From NCBI GenBank assembly GCA_965204755.1, contig OZ242011.1, positions 288,001-352,000 on the forward strand: a stretch of 64,000 bases of DNA. The letters are read 5' to 3'. Each line of letters starts with the position of its first letter. The first letter of the stretch is position 1. Made by a program: the position numbers and the translations under genes. Origin of the DNA: Candidatus Marinacidobacterium sp. (GTDB lineage: Bacteria > Acidobacteriota > Vicinamibacteria > Marinacidobacterales > Marinacidobacteraceae). Shown here one piece after another: positions 41,245 to 49,795 of this stretch. The notes below the pieces were generated by a model. It did no database searches and was not told the origin of the DNA. It saw nothing but the letters and a program-made list of their open reading frames with translations.

Positions 41245-42746
41245 CGCCCCGCTCCCGGCGGGCCGGCGGCCCCCGTCGGGTCCGTCTCGCCCGTCCCGCC
41301 GGTCCCGTCCGGCTCGCCGGCGCGTTCGAAGCCGCCGCCGAGGGCCAGGAAGAGGTTCACCCGGTTGTCGAGGCGGGCGCGGCGGCGCGAGAGGTGGGCG
41401 GCCTCCGCCAGCAGCGCCGCCCGCTCGGCGTCCAGCGCCTCCCCCCGGGAAGCGAGGCCGCTCCGCCGGAGGGCCTCCGTCCGCCGGAGCGCGCGCCGGC
41501 TCTCTTCGAGCGCGGCGGCGGCGCGGTCGGCGATTTCCGCGAGCGCCGACTCCGCCGCGAGCCCGGCCTCGACTTCCTGGTAGGCGGTGAGCGCCGCGTC
41601 GGCGTACTCCGCCAGCGCGGCGCGGTCGGCGGCCTCCTCCCGCCGGATCTCCGCCCGGAGGCGGCCGCCGTGGAAGATCGGCGCGGCGATCCCGGCGAGC
41701 AGACTCCAGACCGAGAAGTCCCCGTCCACCAGTCGGCGGAGCCCGGTGGTGGCCGTGCCCACGGCGCCGGTGAGCCGGAACTGCGGGTAGCGCGCCCTCC
41801 GGGCGATGGTCGTGAACTCCCGCGAGGCCGCCAGCCGCCGCTCGGCGCGGGCCACATCCGGCCGCCGCGCGATCAGGTCCGCCGGGACGCCGGCCGGCGC
41901 CGGGGCGATCTCCCCCGGGAGGCCGGCGTCGAGCGTCCAGCCGGGCCCCGGGGCGCCGTCGGGGTAGTCGGTCACCAGGACCTCGATGGCCCGGACCGCC
42001 GCCCCGAAGGCTTCCCGGCGGACCGCCGCTTCGGCCTGCGCCTCGGCGGCGCGCGCCTCGGCGGCGTCCACCGAGGCCAGCGGGACCTCGCCGATCCGCG
42101 CCCGCCGCCGCATCCAGCGCGCGGCCTCCTCCCGGTTCGCCGCCGCCGCCCCGGCGAGGCGGGCCCGCTCCCGGGATTCCACCGCGAGGAAGTAGAGCCG
42201 CGCCGCCTGCCCGGCGAGGGAGACGCGGGCGCCCGCCGCTTCCAGCACCGCCGCCTCGAACCCGGCGTTCGCCGCCCGCGCCCGGGGCGTGGCGGAGTTC
42301 CACAGGGCCGCCTCCCAGGACAGGTCGAGCGAGAGCCCGTAGGCCACATATTCGGTGGAGAGGACTTCGCCTTCGGCGAGGCCGGGGATCGGCAGGCCGA
42401 TGAAGTTCCGCCGCTCGGCCAGCCGGGACGCGCCGGCGTCGGCGCGCGGGAACAGCGCGCTCCGCGCGGCGCCGGCTTCCGCGGCGGCCTGCGCCAGCCG
42501 CGCCGCCGCCCGTTCGAGGTCGAGGTTGCGGGCCAGCGCGCGCTCCACCACCCGGTCGAGTTCCGGTTCCCCGAAGGAAGTCCACCAGTCGGCCGGGGCG
42601 GCGCCGGGGGTCTCCGGCGCCGCCGCCGGGCTCGGCTCCGCGGCGAAGTCCAGTTCCGGTTCACTGACCGGCGCCCGGAGCCCGCCGCAGCCGGCGGCCG
42701 CCGCCGTGACCGTTGCGACGGCGAGGGCCGTTCCCGCTGCTCGCAT
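41241..42746 (-). CDS. Outer membrane efflux lipoprotein (NodT/TolC family)
   Basis: Lipobox AAGC, WWTSFGEPELD, ARRPDVARAE and LFLALGGG. Confidence 0.92.
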   Translation of the reverse strand: MRAAGTALAVATVTAAAAGCGGLRAPVSEPELDFAAEPSPAAAPETPGAAPADWWTSFGEPELDRVVERALARNLDLERAAARLAQAAAEAGAARSALFPRADAGASRLAERRNFIGLPIPGLAEGEVLSTEYVAYGLSLDLSWEAALWNSATPRARAANAGFEAAVLEAAGARVSLAGQAARLYFLAVESRERARLAGAAAANREEAARWMRRRARIGEVPLASVDAAEARAAEAQAEAAVRREAFGAAVRAIEVLVTDYPDGAPGPGWTLDAGLPGEIAPAPAGVPADLIARRPDVARAERRLAASREFTTIARRARYPQFRLTGAVGTATTGLRRLVDGDFSVWSLLAGIAAPIFHGGRLRAEIRREEAADRAALAEYADAALTAYQEVEAGLAAESALAEIADRAAAALEESRRALRRTEALRRSGLASRGEALDAERAALLAEAAHLSRRRARLDNRVNLFLALGGGFERAGEPDGTGGTGETDPTGAAGPPGAGR

Positions 42747-42754
42747 ATCGCGTC

Positions 42755-42872
42755 GGCGGAGTGTAGTAACCGGGGGCCGCCGGCGGCGCGCTCGCGCGCG
42801 CCGGTTTCAGGAACGGAGGCTCAGGCCGACTCGGCCCCGAGGGGCGTCCCCGAGATGGCGCCATCGAAGATC
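42755..42872. repeat. Degenerate copy of the TBDR 3' end and downstream sequence (44414-44530)
   Basis: Shares ggcggagtg..aaccg, cgcgccggtttcag(g/a)aacggaggctcaggccgac, gtccccgag and atgg(c/t)gcc(a/g)tcgaag with 44414-44530. Confidence 0.8.
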
Positions 42873-44284
42873 GAAGGCCCCGGCCGTCGCCGCGCCGCTC
42901 CGGTACCGGTTCTGTCGCTCCCGCGTCCCGTAACCGTCACGGACGCGCTTCCCCGCCGGAGCCCCCTTCCCCCGGCGCCGCGCCGTCCGGCCGTCGCGCG
43001 TCCGCACGGCGGCGGATGCTCCTCCAGATATCGCCAAAGGGCCTCCGCGACCCAGCGGTGACCCGTCGGCGTCCAGTGCCCGTCGTAGGGAAACCTCGCG
43101 TTCCGCGGATCCCCCCGGATACTGCTGATGTACTCGCGCTGTCCGATGACCGGGATTCCACGCTCGTCGGCCATGGCCCGTATGGCGGCGTCCCCGCGAG
43201 CGGCGAAACTCTCGTGCAGGAGGAGCACGAGTCGAAACCGGTCGCGCGCCGCCCGCGCAGCGAACTCGTCCAGCGCGAAGGCGGTCATCTCGAGCGCCTC
43301 CGCGAACACCGGCGGAAGGCTGCTCGCCGCCCTCGGCGCGTCGGTGATGCCGAGGACGAGGTTCCCCCACCCCAGGCGCGCGGGAGGCCGCCAACCGCGC
43401 AGCGCCGGCGCCGAGTCGGCCAGCCGCCGCCACCGCCGCCGCGACGACCAAAGGGCTTCGCGCGACAGGAAACGGCCGACGAGCGCGGTGGTTTCCCGTT
43501 CCAGGCGGCCCCACAGGTACGACTCCGAGCGCAGTTGCGCGAGGCGCCCGCCCGAGCGCCGACGCGAGGAGCGGATCCACTCGCGCGCCGCGGGGGAGGA
43601 TTCGTCAGGCAGCCGCAGCCGGACGCGTCCTTCGAGGTCCCGTTCGGCGGTCGCGTACAACTCGGCCGCCGGCGGGCCGTAGAGCACTTCCCACAGCGCG
43701 CCGGAGTTGGCCTCGTAGTCGTTCGGCGAGGCTACGAGCACGACCACCCTCGGCCGCAGCGGCCGGACGAAGGCGTCGTAGATCGGGATCTGCTGGACCT
43801 GCCCGGTTCCCGACCGCCCGAACGCCGAAGTGCTGATCTTCAAGTCCGCCCGCTCCCGCGCCGCGAGAGCCTCCAGTCGGACCTGGGACTTCCCGGACAC
43901 CTCCACTTCCGCCGCCTCGACATAGGAATCCCCGATCAGCGTGATGTGGCAACTCGGCGCGGCCGGCCCCGGCGTTGCCGGTTCCCGGTCGAGGAATCCG
44001 AGGCCGTTCGTTCTCGAGATCGTCCAGAACTCCCGGAGGTTCGTCCACCGCACTTCTTCGTTCGGTTCCAGCAGGACGCCCACTCCCGGAACGAACCGCA
44101 AGGGATACCGATGGCCGCTGAACGGTTGCGACCGGCGCAGCCATACCTCGCCGGCGATCCCCACCGCGCCCAGGCCGACGAACAGGAACAGCGCGTTCAC
44201 CCGCAGGACCCGCCAGCCGCGCCGGCGCCGGCCGCTCGGTGACCCGGATCTTCGGGAGCCCCCCCCCCCCCCTCTTATGGTCAT
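42821..44284 (-). CDS. SGNH/GDSL hydrolase-like protein paralog 3 (G14 tract in frame)
   Basis: ATG at 44284 gives MTIRGGGGGS; TM helix; GDSYVEA, GRSGTG, NDYEAN and DGHW motifs. Confidence 0.82.
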   Translation of the reverse strand: MTIRGGGGGSRRSGSPSGRRRRGWRVLRVNALFLFVGLGAVGIAGEVWLRRSQPFSGHRYPLRFVPGVGVLLEPNEEVRWTNLREFWTISRTNGLGFLDREPATPGPAAPSCHITLIGDSYVEAAEVEVSGKSQVRLEALAARERADLKISTSAFGRSGTGQVQQIPIYDAFVRPLRPRVVVLVASPNDYEANSGALWEVLYGPPAAELYATAERDLEGRVRLRLPDESSPAAREWIRSSRRRSGGRLAQLRSESYLWGRLERETTALVGRFLSREALWSSRRRWRRLADSAPALRGWRPPARLGWGNLVLGITDAPRAASSLPPVFAEALEMTAFALDEFAARAARDRFRLVLLLHESFAARGDAAIRAMADERGIPVIGQREYISSIRGDPRNARFPYDGHWTPTGHRWVAEALWRYLEEHPPPCGRATAGRRGAGGRGLRRGSASVTVTGRGSDRTGTGAARRRPGPSIFDGAISGTPLGAESA

Positions 44285-44314
44285 CGCCCGGCCGAGGGCC
44301 GCGGGGCGGGCGGG

Positions 44315-44380
44315 ACCGGGAATACCGGGAATACCGGGAATACCGGGGACACCGGGATCACCCGGGGCACCGGGATCACC
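44315..44380. repeat. About seven 9-nt tandem repeats (accgggaat variants)
   Basis: accgggaat x3, accggggac, accgggatc, acccggggc, accgggatc upstream of SGNH paralog 3. Confidence 0.85.
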
Positions 44381-44453
44381 CTTCCGCCGGACTCCGCGAT
44401 ACCGCGGGCGGTTGGCGGAGTGCGGCAACCGCGGGCGGCGCGCCGCGCCGGTT

Positions 44454-47400
44454 TCAGAAACGGAGGCTCAGGCCGACCTGGCCCCGGCGGGTGTCCCCGA
44501 GGCCGCTGCGGATGGTGCCGTCGAAGTTGAACAGGAGCGAGCCGACGGCGCTGTCGATGAAGTTGTCGGCGTTCGTCAGGTTGAAGACTTCGAGGACCGG
44601 CTCGACCACGAGGCCGGCGCCGACCGTGAACCGGCGCGAGGCCCGGAGGTCCCAGGAGAAGAAGGCGTTGTCCCGGCGGAGCGTGTTCCGTTCGAGGATC
44701 GAGCCGTCCGCGCAGCGGCGGTCGGTCGGCTGCGCCGCGCGCTCGCCCCGGCGGTCGCACCGCTCGGAAACCGGCGACGCCGAAAGGAACCTCACCACAT
44801 TGTTCAGCAGCACTTCCCCGGGCAGCCGGAGCAGCAGGTAACCGCTGAACTGGTGGCGCCGGTCGCGGTCCGACCAGCCGTACTCCGGGCCGAGGTCGGC
44901 GGCGCTGGCGTAGCGGAAGGTGAAGGGGTCGCGCTCGTTGTCGTCGTCGGAGCGGTCCTGCGCCAGGGTGTAGTGCGCCTCGAACGAGAGGAGCCGGCCG
45001 GGGGCGTCCGCGCCCCGGCGGAGGCCGACGGTGAGCGCCCGGTACCGGGAGCGGGCGCTGCTCTCCGCCACGGTCAGCGCGCCGATCCCCCCGCCGCCCG
45101 GATGCGTGCCGATCCCGAACGGTGAGCCGAGTTCCGGGTCGTTGCGGTTCACGAACCGGAAGAGTTGGTCGGTGCGCGCGTAGAGCGCCGAGACCGACGC
45201 CGTGACGCCCTCCCCGAGGACGCGCTCGACGCCGAGGCTGAAACTCCAGGTGCGCGGCAGTTCCAGGTCGCGGTCCGCCACCTGGATGTCCGGCAGGAAC
45301 GGGTGTTCGCGGGAGGCGTCTATCTGCTCCTCGATCGCCGGGACCGGCCCGATCCCCGGCGAAGCGCTCGCGCGGAAGAGCGTCTGCTGGAACGCGCCGT
45401 TCGTGGTGCGGTGGCCGGCGAACACCAGACTCGGGATCCGCGCCGCGTACGACCCGGCGTTCGCCCGCACCAGGGTGAGGCCGTCGCCGGCCGGATCCCA
45501 ACTGAGCCCCATTCGCGGTTGGAAGTTGTCGAGGTCGTCGGGTATCCGGCCGTTCGAAGGGAACGCCGGGTGGTCGAGGTAGGGCGCGAAGAAGGTGTCC
45601 TCGGGTTCGACGAACACTTCGGGGTTCCAGGCGCCCTCCCAGCGGAGGCCGAGGTCCAGCGTCATCGTTTCGCTCGGGTGCCAGGTGTCCTGGAGGAACA
45701 CGCCGAGTTCGGTCGTCCGGATCCGCTGCCGGCCGAGATCGCCGGGGGGTATGCCGGGGACGGTGGCGGACTGCAGGAACAGGAGCACCGGCCCGGTGAT
45801 CTCCGCTCCGGCGGGGCAGGCGCCGACGGAACTCGTGGAGCCGTCGGAACAGGAAACGAAACCGCTGCCGTGCGTGGCGAATCCGATGAAACCGTCCACC
45901 GAGTCGAAGATGTACCGGCCGTTGGCGAAACCCAGGAACCGCTGTTCGACCGCGGTGCGGTTGAACTCGACGCCCGCCTTGAACAGGTGGTCGCCGGCGG
46001 CGTAGGAAAGGGTGTCCACCACCTGCAGCCGCGTGTCGTAACCGGGGTCTATGGGCAGGAAGAACGGCAGCCCGATGCGGAAGCCGTCCGCGAAGTCCAT
46101 CCCGATGTCCGGGAACGGCCGGCCGCCGAGTTCCGCCAGCGCCGGCGCGGCGGGAGGGGCGGCGTCCGGGAGCAGCGGCCCCCGGTACTGGCGCGGGCGG
46201 TCCTCGCGCGCCCACTGGAAGCGGAGTTCGTTGAAGGCCGCGTTGCCGAACTGCGAGCGCAGGTTCGCGTTCCCGGCGTGGGAGAAGCCGCGTTCGATCC
46301 CGTTCGCCGAAGCCCCCCACGAATCCACATCGAAGGTGCCGTTCACCTGCTCCGACCAGGTGTAGTTGTATTTGGCGGAGAGTTGGTGGCGGCCGTCCAG
46401 CGTGAAGTCCGCCTTGGCGAGCAGCGAACGGGCGTCGTCGGTGCGGCGCACCGGCCCGAACTCGTCGGCGAAGAGCCCCGGCCATCTCGACTGCAGGAAG
46501 GCGTCGAGTTTCGCCAACTCCGCGGGGTTCGCCACGATCCGCTCCTGCTGTTTGGTCTCCGCCGCCGCCTGCTGGTCGTAGGCGAGGAAGAAGAACGCGC
46601 GGTCCCTCGCCAGCGGGCCGCCGAGGGTCGCGCCGGCCTGCTGCCGGCCGAAGTCCGGTTTGCCGCCGCCGCGCGAAGCCGGGAACGGGGCGGCGATCTC
46701 GTCCCACTGGCCGAAGTAGTGGGCCGAGCCGGCGAAGCGGTTCGTCCCCGACTTCGTGACCACATTCACGAAGCCGCCGGAGGAGCGGCCGAACTCCGCG
46801 GTGGCGCCCTGGCTCACCACCACCAGTTCGGCGATCGCGTCCTGGTTGAAGGTGAACGCCGCCCGCTGGCCGCCGCGCTGCTCGCCGAAGAACGGGTTGT
46901 TGAAGTCGGCGCCGTCCACGATGAAGTTGTTGAAGATGCCGCGCTGGCCGCTGATGTTGAGTTCGTCCCCGTCCGGCCCCTGCGAGATCGCGGTCCCCGG
47001 GGTCAGCAGGGTCAGGTCGAGGAAGTTGCGCCCGTTGCTCGGCAGCGAGTCCACCACTTCTTCGCTCATTCGCTGGGAGCGCGTCACATCCTCGGCGTGG
47101 AGTTCCTCCGGCAGTTGGCTGAAGACGGTGACCGTTTCGGCGGCCACCACCCGCAGCAGGACCTCGATGTCCAGCGTCTGCCCCACCCGCAGCCGCGCGC
47201 CTTCGATCCGCTCCCGGCCGAAACCGGCGGCCGGCGGCGTTACCGTGAGGTCGTACACCCCCGGGGGGAGCAGGGTGCGGTGGAAGGTCCCGCTGCCGGA
47301 GGTTTCCACGCTGGTCGCGAGGTCGGTGTCCCGGTGGCGGATCTCCACCAGCGCGCCGGCGACCGGCTGCCCGCTCGGGTCGCGGACCGCGCCGTGGATG

Positions 47401-47543
47401 ACGCCGGTGGTCGTTCCCGCCTGCGCGGCCGCTTCGGTGGGGACGAAAGCAACCAGCGCGGTGACGGCGACGACGACGGCGACGACGGCGGGGGCGGCGG
47501 CGGGGGCGGCGGCGGGGGCGAGCGCCGCCCGAACGGGAGCCAC
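44454..47543 (-). CDS. TonB-dependent receptor, Oar-like, with carboxypeptidase-regulatory N-domain
   Basis: GVIHGAVRDPSG, LPSNGRNFLDL, AEFGRSSGGFVNVVTKSGTN, NFQPRMG and C-terminal LRF. Confidence 0.92.
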   Translation of the reverse strand: MAPVRAALAPAAAPAAAPAVVAVVVAVTALVAFVPTEAAAQAGTTTGVIHGAVRDPSGQPVAGALVEIRHRDTDLATSVETSGSGTFHRTLLPPGVYDLTVTPPAAGFGRERIEGARLRVGQTLDIEVLLRVVAAETVTVFSQLPEELHAEDVTRSQRMSEEVVDSLPSNGRNFLDLTLLTPGTAISQGPDGDELNISGQRGIFNNFIVDGADFNNPFFGEQRGGQRAAFTFNQDAIAELVVVSQGATAEFGRSSGGFVNVVTKSGTNRFAGSAHYFGQWDEIAAPFPASRGGGKPDFGRQQAGATLGGPLARDRAFFFLAYDQQAAAETKQQERIVANPAELAKLDAFLQSRWPGLFADEFGPVRRTDDARSLLAKADFTLDGRHQLSAKYNYTWSEQVNGTFDVDSWGASANGIERGFSHAGNANLRSQFGNAAFNELRFQWAREDRPRQYRGPLLPDAAPPAAPALAELGGRPFPDIGMDFADGFRIGLPFFLPIDPGYDTRLQVVDTLSYAAGDHLFKAGVEFNRTAVEQRFLGFANGRYIFDSVDGFIGFATHGSGFVSCSDGSTSSVGACPAGAEITGPVLLFLQSATVPGIPPGDLGRQRIRTTELGVFLQDTWHPSETMTLDLGLRWEGAWNPEVFVEPEDTFFAPYLDHPAFPSNGRIPDDLDNFQPRMGLSWDPAGDGLTLVRANAGSYAARIPSLVFAGHRTTNGAFQQTLFRASASPGIGPVPAIEEQIDASREHPFLPDIQVADRDLELPRTWSFSLGVERVLGEGVTASVSALYARTDQLFRFVNRNDPELGSPFGIGTHPGGGGIGALTVAESSARSRYRALTVGLRRGADAPGRLLSFEAHYTLAQDRSDDDNERDPFTFRYASAADLGPEYGWSDRDRRHQFSGYLLLRLPGEVLLNNVVRFLSASPVSERCDRRGERAAQPTDRRCADGSILERNTLRRDNAFFSWDLRASRRFTVGAGLVVEPVLEVFNLTNADNFIDSAVGSLLFNFDGTIRSGLGDTRRGQVGLSLRF

Positions 47544-47594
47544 TTCAGGCCGCAGTCGAGTTCGGGCGACGCCGTTTATCGCGCCGGACTGCCG

Positions 47595-49688
47595 TTACTT
47601 CCCGGCTTCGGGAAGCGCCAGCGCGACATAGGACTCGGGCACCCGTCCGCGCTGCCCGGTCTGCACCACGATGAACTGCCGGCCTTCGTGGAGGTAGGTC
47701 ATCATCCCGTACATCCCCGGCGCCGGAAGTTTCAAACTGCCCACCTTCTCGCCGGTCTTCTTGTCGTGGGCGTTCAACACCGGCGGCCCGGCCATTCCCT
47801 CGGTCGTGAGCAGCAGGTCGCCGCTGACCATCAGGATCGCCCGGCCCTGCCCGCCGACCCCGGTGAGGTCCACGCCTTCGAGCGCCGGATGGTTCTTGAT
47901 CCGGTCGTTCGGCTCGCCCACCGGCTTCCACCAGAGATGCTCGCCGGTGTTCATGTCGATCGCGGTGACCCGGCTGTACGGCGGCTTGTAGATCGGCAGC
48001 CCCTGCGGCCCCGGAACGCCGATGGTGCGGAAGTTCACCCAGTCGGAAACGGTTTCGCCGATGGTCGTGCACTTGCCGCCCGGCGAAGTGCAGTCGTGCT
48101 CCGGTTGGTCGGCGTCCACGCCCGGCTGCACCATGCGGCCCGAACAGGACGGCCCGGAGGACTGGTAGAGGATCCCGGTGGTCGGGTCGAGCGCCGCCGG
48201 GTGGGTGATGTTCACGCCGGCGGTGCTCCCGCAGGCGATCCACCCCTTGTTCTCGTCATACCCCTTCGGGACGGGAGGCATGTACGGCCCGCCGATCCGG
48301 TACTGGCCGGTGATCTCGAGCGCCTCCTGGTGGAGTTCGGGGGTATAGGCGATCAGGTTCTCCGGGGAGAGGTCGAGCGGCTCGAGCGGCTCGGGAACCG
48401 TCGGCCAGGGCTGGGTTTCGGCGAGTTTCTCGCCGGGCACGATGGACTCGGGCGCTTCGCGTTCCTCGATGGGCCAGACCGGCTCGCCGGTGTCCCGGTG
48501 GAAGGCGAAGGTGAACCCCTGTTTCGTGGTCTGGATCGCCATCGGCACGGACTCGCCGTCCACGGTTACATCCGCCAGGATCGGGACATTGGGGAGGTCG
48601 TAGTTCCAGATGGGGTGGTGCGTCGTCTGGAAGTGCCAGACCCGTTCGCCGGTGTCGGCGTCGAGCGCGATGACGCTGGTGCCGAACAGGTTGTCCCCCG
48701 GACGGAATCCGCCGTAGAAGTCGATCGTCGGCGCGTTCGTCGGGATGTACACGATCCCGCGGTCGAGGTCGGCGGAGAGCGGCGCCCACGACGAAACATC
48801 CCCGGTCCACCGCCAGGCGTCGTTCTCCCAGGTGTCCATCCCGAACTCCTCTTCGGAGCGGGGAATCACATGGAACTTCCACTTGTGTTCGCCGGTCTTC
48901 GCGTCGTAGCCGAGGATGTCGCCGGGGATGTTCTCGATGCGGGTCTGGTGGTAACCCTGCGCGTGCGAGTTGCCGACGACCACGGTCCCGTTCACCACGA
49001 TGGGCGGCGAGGAACTGGTGATGTATCCGACCGTCGGCGGAAGCCCCTCGTAGGGATCGTAGTTGTGGCCGAAGTCGGCGAGCAGGTCCACCACGCCGGT
49101 CTTCGGGAAACCGGGAATGTCCACCGGCTTCCCGAAACCCTCGAGGTGGTCGCCGGTGAGGCCGTCGAGGGCGTGGAGGAAGAACGCCGGGCTGATCACA
49201 TAGATGACGAGGCGGCCGTCCACCATCGCGTGCCCCACGCCCTTGCCGTAACTGGAGCGCATGGACTCTTCCCAGCGGCGGGTGGCGGGTTCGCGGTAGG
49301 TCCAGACCGTTTCGCCGGTCGCCGGATCCATGGCGACCACCGTCCGCCGGTAGCCGACGACGGTGTAGAGCAGTCCGCCGATGTAACTCGGCGTGGACTT
49401 GGAGAGGAAACTGGGTTTCGGCCCGTAGTTGTCGCCGCGCCACATCCAGGCGATTTCCAGGTCCTCGAAGTTCCCCGCGTCCACCTGGTCGAGCGTCGAG
49501 GAGCGCGTGCCCCAGGCGTCGCCGCTCTGGTACCGCCACTCGCCTTCCGGGTTGCCCCGGTCCTGGGCGGACGCGGCCGGCGCGAACGCGCCCGCGGACA
49601 GCCCGAGGAAGAGGAGCGCGGCGGCGGCGGAGGCGAAGGACCGCCGGGAGGCCGTCCGGGCCGGAAACAACATCGGGGGGATCGTCAT
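47595..49688 (-). CDS. PQQ-binding beta-propeller dehydrogenase (quinoprotein glucose dehydrogenase-like)
   Basis: Signal peptide, EWRYQSGD, SSPPIVV, RPGDNLFG, WHFQTTHHPIWNYD and KPPYSRVTAID. Confidence 0.9.
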   Translation of the reverse strand: MTIPPMLFPARTASRRSFASAAAALLFLGLSAGAFAPAASAQDRGNPEGEWRYQSGDAWGTRSSTLDQVDAGNFEDLEIAWMWRGDNYGPKPSFLSKSTPSYIGGLLYTVVGYRRTVVAMDPATGETVWTYREPATRRWEESMRSSYGKGVGHAMVDGRLVIYVISPAFFLHALDGLTGDHLEGFGKPVDIPGFPKTGVVDLLADFGHNYDPYEGLPPTVGYITSSSPPIVVNGTVVVGNSHAQGYHQTRIENIPGDILGYDAKTGEHKWKFHVIPRSEEEFGMDTWENDAWRWTGDVSSWAPLSADLDRGIVYIPTNAPTIDFYGGFRPGDNLFGTSVIALDADTGERVWHFQTTHHPIWNYDLPNVPILADVTVDGESVPMAIQTTKQGFTFAFHRDTGEPVWPIEEREAPESIVPGEKLAETQPWPTVPEPLEPLDLSPENLIAYTPELHQEALEITGQYRIGGPYMPPVPKGYDENKGWIACGSTAGVNITHPAALDPTTGILYQSSGPSCSGRMVQPGVDADQPEHDCTSPGGKCTTIGETVSDWVNFRTIGVPGPQGLPIYKPPYSRVTAIDMNTGEHLWWKPVGEPNDRIKNHPALEGVDLTGVGGQGRAILMVSGDLLLTTEGMAGPPVLNAHDKKTGEKVGSLKLPAPGMYGMMTYLHEGRQFIVVQTGQRGRVPESYVALALPEAGK

Positions 49689-49795
49689 CGGGAAGGTCCT
49701 CTCTCGCGCGGGCCGCCCGCCTCCCCCGCGGAGGGCGGCGGCGGGCGGCGAGCGCGGAATCCTACCGCCCGGCGCCCCGGCCGAGCCGTCCGGGC

